Below the pieces are notes generated by a model, which was given only the letters and a program-made list of their open reading frames with translations, was not told the origin of the DNA and made no database searches. A stretch of 64,000 nt of DNA. Source: Candidatus Izemoplasmatales bacterium (GTDB lineage: Bacteria; Bacillota_I; Bacilli_A; Izemoplasmatales; Hujiaoplasmataceae). Positions 46,900-56,309 of this stretch are shown piece after piece (within the stretch, counting starts at the first letter, position 1; every line of letters starts with the position of its first letter). The stretch covers positions 320,001 to 384,000 of the forward strand of contig JBMNEZ010000001.1 of NCBI GenBank assembly GCA_050949045.1, given 5' to 3'. A program made the position numbers and the translations under genes.

Positions 46900-48237
46900 A
46901 TGTTCAAATATTTTCCTCATACGGATACGGATATCAGGGAGATGCTGGAAAAGATCAACGCCGGCTCCATCGATGAATTGTTCAAAGACGTCCCGAGAGA
47001 CGTCTTCTTTGGTGGCGACTACGACTTAGGAGAAGCGATGTCGGAGATCGAACTCCGAAAGCATATCCAAGACATCGCCAGCCAAAACAAAGTGTTCACG
47101 ACCTTTGCCGGGCTTGGCGTCTACGATCATTATGAGCCTTCTGTCATCAATGCCCTGATTTCGAGGCAGGAATTTTTGACTTCCTATACCCCGTATCAGC
47201 CTGAAGTGTCCCAAGGGACGCTCCAATACATCTTCGAATTCCAGTCAATGATCCAGACCCTGACTGGGATGGACGCGGCCAACGCCTCCATGTACGACGG
47301 CTCGACGGCGACCAGCGAAGCCTGTTTCATGGCCGAGGCGATCACAAGAAGAAAGAAAATCATCTGTTCGGGCACCGTCAACCCCAACACCATCGCCGTC
47401 ATCAAGACTTATCTTCATTTCAAGGGTTTGGAGTTTGTCATCGCTCCCGTCAAGGACGGCGAGACCGATCCCATCGCCTTGGCGGCTCTCGTTGACGATG
47501 ACACCGCCGCCGTTATTATCCAGAAGCCCAACTTTTTCGGAATCATCGAGGATGTTTCGCCTCTTAGCGAGATCGCGCACCAAAAAGGGGCGCTCTTAAT
47601 TGAAAACGCCGATATTTCGACATTGGCGATCTTGAAAACCCCGAGGGAGGATGGCGCCGATATCGTTGTCGGCGATTGCCAGTCTCTGGGGATGCCGATG
47701 GCATATGGCGGACCCACTGCCGGCTATATGGCGACTCTCAAGCAATATGTACGGAAACTGCCCGGCCGGATCTGCGGCATGAGCAAGGATGTTAACGGCA
47801 GACGTGCCTATGTCCTGACGCTTCAAGCGAGAGAACAGCATATCAGGAGGGAAAAGGCGAACTCGAATATTTGTTCGAATCAGTCTTTGATGGCCCTCTA
47901 CGCCACCATCTATTTGTCATTGATGGGCAAAGAGGGGCTCAAAGAAGTAAACGAGCTGTCGTATCAGGGTGCCCATTATCTCAAGGACAGGCTCGAAGAG
48001 ACAGGGAAATTCACTTTGGCTTTTGCCAAGCCTTTCTTGAAGGAGTTCGTCATGCGGACGAACCTCCCGATCGAACTGATTCAGAAAGCGCTCCTTGAAG
48101 CCGGGATCTTCGGAGCCGTTCCCTTGGAAGCCTATTCCGAGGATTATAAAGGCCTTGTCGCCTTCGCGGTCACTGAAAAGCGCACCAAGGAAGAGATCGA
48201 CAATATGTGTCGGATTCTGGGAGGTCTATCATGGTAA
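46900..48237 (+). CDS. gcvPA: Glycine dehydrogenase subunit 1
   Basis: YTPYQPEVSQG, NASMYDG, REQHIRREKA.SNICSNQ. Confidence 0.97.
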   Translation: MFKYFPHTDTDIREMLEKINAGSIDELFKDVPRDVFFGGDYDLGEAMSEIELRKHIQDIASQNKVFTTFAGLGVYDHYEPSVINALISRQEFLTSYTPYQPEVSQGTLQYIFEFQSMIQTLTGMDAANASMYDGSTATSEACFMAEAITRRKKIICSGTVNPNTIAVIKTYLHFKGLEFVIAPVKDGETDPIALAALVDDDTAAVIIQKPNFFGIIEDVSPLSEIAHQKGALLIENADISTLAILKTPREDGADIVVGDCQSLGMPMAYGGPTAGYMATLKQYVRKLPGRICGMSKDVNGRRAYVLTLQAREQHIRREKANSNICSNQSLMALYATIYLSLMGKEGLKEVNELSYQGAHYLKDRLEETGKFTLAFAKPFLKEFVMRTNLPIELIQKALLEAGIFGAVPLEAYSEDYKGLVAFAVTEKRTKEEIDNMCRILGGLSW

Positions 48238-49697
48238 AATATGACCGGTTGATCTTCGAACTTTCAGTTCCCGGACGCAAGGGCTATTCGCTGCCCAAAC
48301 CATTCGCACCCAAATACAAAATCTGTGATTTAGATCAAAACTTTCTGAGAGGAGATGAAGCCCTTCTCCCGGAAGTTTTCGAACTCGATGTCCTCAGGCA
48401 CTACACGAATCTTTCCCATAAGAACTTTGGTGTCGAGACCAACTTTTATCCGCTTGGTTCCTGCACGATGAAATACAACCCGAAGATCAATGAGGAACTC
48501 TCTATGCTTCCCGCTTTCAATCAAATCCATCCTCTTCAACCAGCCTCTTCTGTTCAAGGAAACTTGCGGATTTATAGCGAACTCGGAACGATGCTTCAGG
48601 AAATCTGCGGTCTCGATTGTTTCAGTCTCAATCCCTATGCGGGGGCGCACGGGGAACTCGTCGGGCTGATGGTGATGAAAGCCTATCACGAAAAACGGGG
48701 CGATTTTCAGCGGACGAAAGTCATCGTCCCCGATTCTGCCCACGGCACGAATCCGGCTTCGACGGCAGTTTGCGGAATGCAAGTCGTCGAGATCAAATCG
48801 ACGCCTTCGGGCAGAGTCGATCTCGAAAGCTTAAAAGCCGTTCTGTCCGACGAAATCGCCGGGATGATGCTTACCAATCCCAACACCCTCGGAATGTTTG
48901 AAAATGACATTCTGGAAATCACCAGACTCGTTCATGAGGCCGGCGGCCTGATGTATTACGACGGTGCCAATCTCAATGCGATTTTAGGCAAGGCAAGACC
49001 CGGAGACATGGGTTTTGACATCATCCATGTCAATCTTCACAAGACCTTTTCCACGCCCCATGGGGGCGGCGGTCCCGGTTCCGGTCCGGTCGGAGTCAAA
49101 GAGCATCTCTCTGTTTTTCTTCCGAATCCGCAAGTCGGTTTTTACGACGGGCACTACTTCATCAAGGAAGGGGCTGATGCGATCGGCAGGATAAGTTCTC
49201 ATTTCGGGAACTTCAAGGTCTGGCTCAAAGCCTATATCTACATCCTCACCCTCGGCAAAGAAAATCTAAAGGTTCTGGGTGGACTGGCGACACTAAATGC
49301 CAATTATGTCAAGGAAGCGCTCAAGGACGATTATCTCTCGCCGATAAAGGGCTATTCGATGCACGAATGCGTCTTTGACGGGCTCGTCGACCAAGCGAGC
49401 GGCATCAAGACGCTTGACGTTGCCAAGCGACTGCTTGATTACGGTTTCCACGCTCCCACGATCTATTTTCCGCTCCTTTTTCATCAGTCGATCATGATCG
49501 AACCGACTGAGACCGAATCGAAACAAACGCTCGACGCTTTCATCGCCGTCATGAAAAAAATCGCCCAAGAGGCGATCGAAGAACCTGAACTGCTAAGAAG
49601 CGCGCCTCATACGACACCGGTCGGTCGAATCGATGAGGTCATGGCGGCGAAAAAGATGATCATCACCTATAAAGACTATTTGGAACAAGCCAAATAA
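48231..49697 (+). CDS. gcvPB: Glycine dehydrogenase subunit 2
   Basis: PLGSCTMKYNP, AHGTNPAS, NLHKTFSTPHGGGGPG, IEPTETE. Confidence 0.97.
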   Translation: MVKYDRLIFELSVPGRKGYSLPKPFAPKYKICDLDQNFLRGDEALLPEVFELDVLRHYTNLSHKNFGVETNFYPLGSCTMKYNPKINEELSMLPAFNQIHPLQPASSVQGNLRIYSELGTMLQEICGLDCFSLNPYAGAHGELVGLMVMKAYHEKRGDFQRTKVIVPDSAHGTNPASTAVCGMQVVEIKSTPSGRVDLESLKAVLSDEIAGMMLTNPNTLGMFENDILEITRLVHEAGGLMYYDGANLNAILGKARPGDMGFDIIHVNLHKTFSTPHGGGGPGSGPVGVKEHLSVFLPNPQVGFYDGHYFIKEGADAIGRISSHFGNFKVWLKAYIYILTLGKENLKVLGGLATLNANYVKEALKDDYLSPIKGYSMHECVFDGLVDQASGIKTLDVAKRLLDYGFHAPTIYFPLLFHQSIMIEPTETESKQTLDAFIAVMKKIAQEAIEEPELLRSAPHTTPVGRIDEVMAAKKMIITYKDYLEQAK

Positions 49698-49712
49698 CAG
49701 GAGGAAGACAAT

Positions 49713-50429
49713 ATGGATCTCGGTTTCTTCGGCATCATCGATGTTTTGATTGTCGTCGGCGTCGTCATTTTCGCCGCCATCGGCTGGAAGAAGGGTTTTC
49801 TGCTTAAGATCGTCGAGATGGCTTCAAGTGTCTTTGGCCTAGTAGCCTCGCTCTTGCTTGCCAGGCCGTTTTCTGGTGTTCTCGACAATTGGTTCGGCGA
49901 GGCGATCGATGGTAAGGTCCACGACTATCTGGTCACGAGACCGCTTTTTTCGGCCGAACTGACCGAAGTGAACGTCAGGGCGGCCTTCGCGGAGCTGAGT
50001 CTTCCCGACTATCTGGTCGACTGGATCGTCAAGGGGATCGATTTTGAAGCGGTCGGCTTGTCGATCGTTGATGCGATCCAACCGCTCATCAAGGGTCTGA
50101 TCCTGCTTGTGCTCGCATTTTTGATCTTGTTTTTTGGCTCGATCATCGTGTTCTTCTTTTTAAAGATTCTCGCGAAAATGATCACGAAGATCCCCTTCAT
50201 CAAGCAGGTCGACAAGGTGTTCGGCGTTTTGTTCGGGTTGCTTAAAATCACCGTCATCGTCTATATCCTGATGTTTCTCCTGGCCTTGGTGATTACAGTG
50301 CCCGCGATCCACGATCTGATCGGCGGTTTTCTCGCCGTCGACATGCAGCTTGACACCGACAAGTTCCGGCTTTCGAAATGGATCTATGAAAACAATGTGC
50401 TTCGGCACATTATCGATGTGTTCTTCTAG
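49713..50429 (+). CDS. CvpA family membrane protein
   Basis: ID...GWKKGF, DKVFG..FG.LK motifs; 4-5 TM. Confidence 0.8.
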   Translation: MDLGFFGIIDVLIVVGVVIFAAIGWKKGFLLKIVEMASSVFGLVASLLLARPFSGVLDNWFGEAIDGKVHDYLVTRPLFSAELTEVNVRAAFAELSLPDYLVDWIVKGIDFEAVGLSIVDAIQPLIKGLILLVLAFLILFFGSIIVFFFLKILAKMITKIPFIKQVDKVFGVLFGLLKITVIVYILMFLLALVITVPAIHDLIGGFLAVDMQLDTDKFRLSKWIYENNVLRHIIDVFF

Positions 50430-50439
50430 TTTTAAAGTC

Positions 50440-50463
50440 AGTGCGGCATCGCCGCACTTTTTT
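50440..50463 (+). terminator. Intrinsic terminator after the gcv-cvpA operon
   Basis: AGTGCGGC-ATC-GCCGCACT followed by a T run. Confidence 0.85.
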
Positions 50464-50609
50464 GTATGCTTTTTTGACCTTGGTTGTTTTTGATAATTAA
50501 GCGGCCGGAAAGTTTTCGACATTCCCAGAGTTTGGTAACTGGTTATGGCAACTCCGGAACCGAAAACCAAGATGGATATTGCAAAAAAAGATGATTTTCT
50601 ATACCGGCT

Positions 50610-51047
50610 TCAGTCATTCTTTTGTGATTTAATGTCGGTGATAATGCCTTTGGCGAAGTCGATCGCCCCTTGGATCTCTTTCTTGTTCGGATGTCCGAGA
50701 CGGAAAAACAGAAAATTGCCTAAAGAGAGATACTCATCAGCGATCACCGTTATGCCCTTTTCGCTTAACAGGCTTCTGATGGCATCCTGTTTTTGGGTGC
50801 CGCCGCAACTGGAAGTGACCAGAGCGACCTGTTTCACATTCGCCTTGTCAATTGACTCTAAATATTTAAGAAGTCCTTTGTGGCAGGCGCCGCCGTAGAT
50901 TCCGCCGACCACAAACAAGAGGTCATACCTTCCCGGTTCAGGGGCATGTTTGACGTTTTGTGGTTGGACCTTGACGGCTTCGCCGATCGCAGTCGCGATT
51001 TTGCGCGAGTGTCCCGTCAGTGAACCATAGATGATGCCGATATTCAT
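50610..51047 (-). CDS. Flavodoxin-like protein
   Basis: IYGSLTGHSRKIA FMN phosphate loop, YDLLFVVGG.Y. Confidence 0.8.
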   Translation of the reverse strand: MNIGIIYGSLTGHSRKIATAIGEAVKVQPQNVKHAPEPGRYDLLFVVGGIYGGACHKGLLKYLESIDKANVKQVALVTSSCGGTQKQDAIRSLLSEKGITVIADEYLSLGNFLFFRLGHPNKKEIQGAIDFAKGIITDIKSQKND

Positions 51048-51087
51048 GTTTTTCCTCCGATGTTACTCAATTAATTGGATGTTGTAT

Positions 51088-52149
51088 TCATTTACTTTTT
51101 TGATAAGCGAGGATCTCCGCTTTCAAGACCGGGATGATTTCTTCGGTTTTCAGTTTTCTCTTGAAGGCACCGTCAAGATAAAGCAACGCCTCGTTGTCTC
51201 CGCCAAAGACGGCGATGTCGGCCTCACCGGCCTCGCCGGGACCGTTGACAACACAGCCCATCACGGCGACCTTGATCGGCTTCTTGATGCCTTCAAGAAA
51301 GGCTTCGATCTCGGTGGCGATTGAGATCATGTCGTATTGGATTCTGCCGCAGGTCGGGCAGGAGATTAAGATCGGTTTTTGATAGAGGTTGAAGTTGGCG
51401 AGGATTTCTTTCGCAACCTTGATTTCCAGCAGCGGATCGGAGGTCAGCGAAACCCTCAGCGTCGAGCCGAGCCCCTCTTCAAGCAAGACCCCGAGGCCTG
51501 AGGCGGAACGAATGGTCCCCGAGAAGAAAATGCCCGCCTCGGTGATGCCGAGATGCAGAGGATAAGCGAAGCGCGTTGCGGCGAGCCGGTTAGCCGCGAT
51601 CGTGTCCAGCATCGAGGTCGATTTGAGAGAAACGACGATGTCATAAAATCCAAACTGCTCGAGCAGTTCAACATGATAAGCAGCCGAGCGGACCATTGCT
51701 TCCGGAGTGGGACGGCTGAAAGCTTTTAAGATATGCTTTTCCAGCGACCCGGAATTGATGCCGATCCGGATCGGGATCATTCTTTCTTTGCAGGCATCGA
51801 CCACGGCTTTGATCTTGGCCTTGTCGCCGATGTTTCCGGGGTTGATCCTGATCTTGTCGCAACCGGAGTAAATCGCCTCAAGGGCGAGGCGGTGGTCGAA
51901 ATGGATATCCGCGACGAGCGGGATGCCGATCTTTTCTTTGATCTCTTTGATGGCTCTTGCGTCTTCAAGATCAATAACGGCGACGCGGACAAAAGTCGCT
52001 CCCGCCTGTTCGAGGGCGTTGATCTGGCTGATGGTCTTGACAATGTCTTTGGTTTTGGTATTGGTCATACTTTGAATCAGGACTTGGTCGTTTCCGCCTA
52101 AAATCAGGTTTCCGACCTTGACCGATCTGGTTTCACTACGCTTGTGCAT
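51088..52149 (-). CDS. ispG: (E)-4-hydroxy-3-methylbut-2-enyl-diphosphate synthase
   Basis: IQSMTNT, ADIHF, RINPGNIG, HLGITEAG, SCPTCGR, MGCVVNGPGEA. Confidence 0.97.
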   Translation of the reverse strand: MHKRSETRSVKVGNLILGGNDQVLIQSMTNTKTKDIVKTISQINALEQAGATFVRVAVIDLEDARAIKEIKEKIGIPLVADIHFDHRLALEAIYSGCDKIRINPGNIGDKAKIKAVVDACKERMIPIRIGINSGSLEKHILKAFSRPTPEAMVRSAAYHVELLEQFGFYDIVVSLKSTSMLDTIAANRLAATRFAYPLHLGITEAGIFFSGTIRSASGLGVLLEEGLGSTLRVSLTSDPLLEIKVAKEILANFNLYQKPILISCPTCGRIQYDMISIATEIEAFLEGIKKPIKVAVMGCVVNGPGEAGEADIAVFGGDNEALLYLDGAFKRKLKTEEIIPVLKAEILAYQKSK

Positions 52150-52288
52150 TTTTTGATCACCCGAGTAGATTATACACCATCAGAGCGGTATCCGGTTATA
52201 TTTCCGGCGAGAATTCCCTGATTTTGTCACAAGCAGGACCGATCAAAGCGATCCCGTGATAAAATAAAAAAGGGTAGTGGAGGCTAAT

Positions 52289-53824
52289 ATGCGATCGATA
52301 TCAGGTGTTTTCATGTCCAAGGCGAGAGTTGAAGGCGAACTCAGGCGCTTTGAGCGCCGCGAACTAGATATTGCGACTTATTCTCATCAGACCGATGCGG
52401 CGGAATGGGAAAGGTTTTTGGCTGCGAAGGAACGATTGGCCGCCAGGCTCGACAGCGAAATCCAAGAGGGGGCGAACAGCGGTTCGCTCCAGGCGGAGAT
52501 CATCGCCTCGCACAAGTGGGTGCTCGAAGACCAACTACTTAACGACAAGATTGAAAAACTAATCGATTCCGGCAGGCCTGCGCTATTGGCCGTCAATGAA
52601 GCGAAAAGTATTCTTCAAGAACAACTCGTTCAAGCCGAAGAGGAATATGTACGCGAGCGCCAGTATGATGTCGAGGATGTTTTGAACCGCCTCATGCATG
52701 AACTTCAAGATCAACCTGCGATGCCTTTTTATAATGCAGGCGAATATATCTTCATTTCCGAACGCTTTCTGCCTTCGGAGGTGATCGCGCTCTACAAAGG
52801 AAATGCCAAGGGCATTCTGTGTAAGGAGGATTCTCCCTTTTCTCACAGTGCGATCATTGCCCAAAGCCTTGGGCTCCCCTATGTTGTCCAGCTTAAAGAT
52901 GGTTTCGATCATTTGATTGAGGGCATGAAGGTCATGATCGATGGCGAGAACAAGATCGTCATCATCAATCGCAAGTCAGCTGGTGACGAGCATCCCGCCA
53001 CGGCAGGAAGCCCTACTGAGGAGCGTGTTTCGCTCACAAATGCATATCGCGACAATCATCCCGAACTTCGGCTGACACTCAGTTCCCTGAAGGAAATCGA
53101 GACAGCCGCTGCCATCAGGAGTGAAAATGTCGGTCTGATCAGAAGCGAGTTTCTGTTTCTCGACCGGGATGTCCGCCTCGATGTCAGTGCCCAAGAACGA
53201 GTCTACAAAAGCATTTTTGCCATGCTCAAGGATCGGGAAGTAATCATCAGGACCTTTGACTATCGGGGTGAGAAGCAGGCGGCCACAGTTAGAAAAGACA
53301 CCGTCGTCGATAGGGATCTGACTCTCAAATTTCAGCTTGAGGCCTTGTATCGTGCGTCTTCATCCAAGAGACTCAAAATCATGTTTCCGCTCGTCTTGGA
53401 TCAGATCCAAGCTGAAAAATGCCTCAGGATCGCCCGAAATGTCAAACATGAGCTCTTGTTAAAAGGTTTAGCCAATCTTAATTTAGTTGAACTGGGGGCG
53501 ATGATTGAGACCAGAGACTCAATCAAGAAGATCCCGATGATCGCCCCTTTGTTTTCGTTCATCGCCCTTGGCACCAATGATATCCTCGAGTCGATCGCCC
53601 ATCAAAGACGAGACCAACTGGAAAAAAGAAAAGACGACGCCTTGCTGAATCGGGAATTGAGGGAGCTGATCAGACAGGCCGCAAGCGCCTGCAAGCGGCT
53701 TTCCATACCCCTGGGGATCTGTGGTTTGTACGCGGAAGACCCTGACAATCATGATTTTTTCAAGGAAATCGGCGTCAGTTATGTTTCGGTTTCATTTGAA
53801 GCGCTTGGAAACGACGATAAATAA
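52289..53824 (+). CDS. PTS enzyme I-like protein, divergent and shortened
   Basis: ER..D..DV, SHSAIIAQSLGLP (phospho-His), GLIRSEFLF, IRTFD, MIE, GTND, GICG. Confidence 0.75.
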   Translation: MRSISGVFMSKARVEGELRRFERRELDIATYSHQTDAAEWERFLAAKERLAARLDSEIQEGANSGSLQAEIIASHKWVLEDQLLNDKIEKLIDSGRPALLAVNEAKSILQEQLVQAEEEYVRERQYDVEDVLNRLMHELQDQPAMPFYNAGEYIFISERFLPSEVIALYKGNAKGILCKEDSPFSHSAIIAQSLGLPYVVQLKDGFDHLIEGMKVMIDGENKIVIINRKSAGDEHPATAGSPTEERVSLTNAYRDNHPELRLTLSSLKEIETAAAIRSENVGLIRSEFLFLDRDVRLDVSAQERVYKSIFAMLKDREVIIRTFDYRGEKQAATVRKDTVVDRDLTLKFQLEALYRASSSKRLKIMFPLVLDQIQAEKCLRIARNVKHELLLKGLANLNLVELGAMIETRDSIKKIPMIAPLFSFIALGTNDILESIAHQRRDQLEKRKDDALLNRELRELIRQAASACKRLSIPLGICGLYAEDPDNHDFFKEIGVSYVSVSFEALGNDDK

Positions 53825-53855
53825 AAACGACTGAATCCGGACTCAGTCGTTTTTC
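53823..53855. terminator. Bidirectional terminator
   Basis: AAAAACGACTGA-ATCCGGAC-TCAGTCGTTTTT. Confidence 0.8.
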
Positions 53856-54280
53856 TCGATGACAGTTTTTATTTCGGCGACGATTTCATCGAAGCGGGGG
53901 TATTCTCCCATCGCAAAATGAGGGTTGATCTCGCCGATCAGAGTGCCATTTTGATCAAAAAGGCCGATGACCCTGATTTCTCGGCGATCCATTGTTTTTT
54001 TCAGGATCCTGATTTCGCTCACCGCTTTCAAATCATAGACGATTTTTTGGAAGATATGAAAGTATAGTTTGCCGGAAACAGGATCGATCTTGATTTTGGA
54101 GTTGAAAATGATCAGGGAATAGAATGTGCAGAGCAGGATGACAAATCCGGCAAAGACATAGAAGGCGACTCCCAAAGTAAGCCTCATGATGATGAATGCA
54201 AGATAGAATGACAAAAAGAAAAGATCGATTAAAACACAACCGATTTTCTGCTTTTTGGATGTTAGCAAGAATCTTTTCAT
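53843..54280 (-). CDS. Hypothetical membrane protein (2 TM plus soluble domain)
   Basis: 145-aa ORF with GGGGTG RBS and two hydrophobic helices. Confidence 0.65.
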   Translation of the reverse strand: MKRFLLTSKKQKIGCVLIDLFFLSFYLAFIIMRLTLGVAFYVFAGFVILLCTFYSLIIFNSKIKIDPVSGKLYFHIFQKIVYDLKAVSEIRILKKTMDRREIRVIGLFDQNGTLIGEINPHFAMGEYPRFDEIVAEIKTVIEKND

Positions 54281-54562
54281 TGGTAATCACCCCATATAAT
54301 TATACAATAACAACCGCTTATCCCTAAACCTGATTTTACAAATGAGGCAAAAAAGGTTCACAGCCTGTGAAATAGTGCATTTTAGAAGGCGGTAATGCGG
54401 AAACCGAAGCGGCGGATTGTTCTTAAATATGACGAGAATGTTCAAAAGGAGAATTACTGATAATCCTGAAGATTATGATATAATAGAGTCGGTTAATGAG
54501 TTTGATATGGATGATCTCAAGACATTTATAGATACCATCAAGCGATCGCGGAGGGATATGTC

Positions 54563-54772
54563 ATGCATCCTTGGATCTCGATGGATCCTTTCATCGTCCT
54601 CAGCCTTGTCAACGCGAAACTCAGGAATTTTTACTCAAGCCTTGAGAACCTTTGTGAGGATCTGGATATCAAGCAAGAACTGCTAGTCAAGAAATTATTT
54701 GACATCGGTTATTCTTACAATGAACACCACAACGCTTTCATCAGTGTCGAAACGGATTGCGACAATTGTTAG
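54563..54772 (+). CDS. DUF4250 family protein
   Basis: DP...LS.VN.KLR..Y.SL..LC.DLD......KL..IGY.Y....N.F pattern; GGAGG RBS. Confidence 0.8.
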   Translation: MHPWISMDPFIVLSLVNAKLRNFYSSLENLCEDLDIKQELLVKKLFDIGYSYNEHHNAFISVETDCDNC

Positions 54773-54914
54773 TCTTTGTTTCAACAAGCCCAATGTCGGA
54801 GATCGTGCATATTTCGTAACCAAATAATATTCAGGTAAACACACAAGAGAATATAAAGTCTATTGTCCTTGAAAACGATTATTGACAACTAAGAAAGGGA
54901 AGGAAAGAACTGAC

Positions 54915-55322
54915 ATGTGTTTCAGCGACAAGATCAAAAACATTTTCAAAAGGAAGCCGCAAACAGCAAAAGAGACCGACGAGCAACCCGATAACCTCTC
55001 GGTCAAATCGATGGAAATGAAGTACGAAAACGGCGATTATATCGGTGCGGCAAAAGACTTGAAAAACCTGCTTGAAGAATATGGCCGCCGTAAAATGAAG
55101 AACCATCGTTACAAAGGGAGAAACTTCATCTATTTTCTTCTCAGCAACAAACAAAAAGATCTGAAGAACACCGGGTATCTGCACTGGCAAAATATAACTG
55201 ATTATCTGAGGCTCAATCAGGCAAAGGTCTATCCATATCATAAAAACAACCTGAGAAATGCGATGGATTTCTTTGAAAAAGAAGTCAAGGGCCTGTTTGA
55301 GATCAATAAACCAAAAATTTGA
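54915..55322 (+). CDS. Hypothetical basic protein
   Basis: 135-aa ORF with a purine-rich RBS and coding-like codon usage; no family recognised. Confidence 0.65.
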   Translation: MCFSDKIKNIFKRKPQTAKETDEQPDNLSVKSMEMKYENGDYIGAAKDLKNLLEEYGRRKMKNHRYKGRNFIYFLLSNKQKDLKNTGYLHWQNITDYLRLNQAKVYPYHKNNLRNAMDFFEKEVKGLFEINKPKI

Positions 55323-55430
55323 GAAGAAGATTCAGTAAATAGCTGTGATTATGAGAATGCAGAAAAGCAAAAACAATCGTCATTTTTGATGATTAAGTAA
55401 AGGATCAATAGATACAAAAAGAACTTAATG

Positions 55431-55658
55431 AAGGCCCATTTCATTATTGAATTGGACTTTTGTATTTGAGAATACCAGCCGGTTTTGCCCGGTTACAGTA
55501 TTTGAAGCACTTAGCTATGGCTAATCATCCATGAAGAATTGACTGATTTTTCATGCTTGTGTTGGAATTATCGTTTGATTTGATATATAGTATAACTATA
55601 GGTGTGCTTCAAATATGGGCCTTTGGCAATGATGCCTAAAGAATAATGCCCGTTTTTT
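55431..55658. other. Nested inverted-repeat / candidate structured RNA element
   Basis: AAGGCCCAT/ATGGGCCTT, TATTTGAAGCAC/GTGCTTCAAATA and CATGAAGAATT/GATTTTTCATG pairings. Confidence 0.5.
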
Positions 55659-55684
55659 AAACTAATCTATCCACGAGGTGAACG

Positions 55685-56290
55685 ATGCGAATTCACTTCC
55701 ATAAAGATTCAGCCGAGGCCGAGTTTCTCCTCAAGCGCGACCCAACCTTGAAACCGTTGTTCGATAAGACCGATCATGTCAGTTTCGAGGTTGGCGGCGA
55801 CCATTTTATGATGCTTGTCGATGCGATCATCGGCCAACAGCTTTCCTCCAAGGCAGCCGCGAGCATCCTCATAAGGGTCAAGGAGCATTTTGAAAACAAC
55901 GTCACTCCAGAGAAGATCTTGGCTGCCAAGGAGGATGAACTGAGAGATCTCGGACTTTCTTGGCAGAAAGTCAGTTATCTGTGTTCGCTCGCGGAACTGA
56001 CCAAAAACGGGGAAATCGATTTTAAAAGAATCGAGAGTTTGAGTGATCGGGAGATCACCGAGATGCTGATCAGGGTGAAAGGAATCGGGAAGTGGACCGT
56101 GGAGATGTTTTTGCTTTTCTCCCTCGGGAGAAGAGATGTGTTTTCCAGCGGTGATCTCGGGATCAGAAATGCGCTCAAAAAACTATATCAGAGAGAATTC
56201 ACGCCAAAGGAAGCGGAAAGGCTTGCGGAAAGATGGAAGCCGTACCGGTCCATGGTGACCCACTTCCTCTGGCATTATCTTGAGAATTAG
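55685..56290 (+). CDS. alkA: DNA-3-methyladenine glycosylase II (AlkA/HhH-GPD family)
   Basis: IIGQQLS.KAA, VKGIGKWT.EMFL.F.LGR.DV...DLG, W.PYRS. Confidence 0.9.
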   Translation: MRIHFHKDSAEAEFLLKRDPTLKPLFDKTDHVSFEVGGDHFMMLVDAIIGQQLSSKAAASILIRVKEHFENNVTPEKILAAKEDELRDLGLSWQKVSYLCSLAELTKNGEIDFKRIESLSDREITEMLIRVKGIGKWTVEMFLLFSLGRRDVFSSGDLGIRNALKKLYQREFTPKEAERLAERWKPYRSMVTHFLWHYLEN

Positions 56291-56309
56291 ATAGAAAGGG
56301 GATTCGATA

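Noticed and set aside
54417..54686. 89-aa ORF overlapping DUF4250
   Set aside because: No RBS or family features, and it overlaps a recognisable gene in another frame.
55431..55623. Retron msr-msd or CRISPR/tracrRNA interpretation of the nested inverted repeats
   Set aside because: No reverse transcriptase or cas gene in the window and no regularly spaced direct repeats; kept only as an unassigned structured element.
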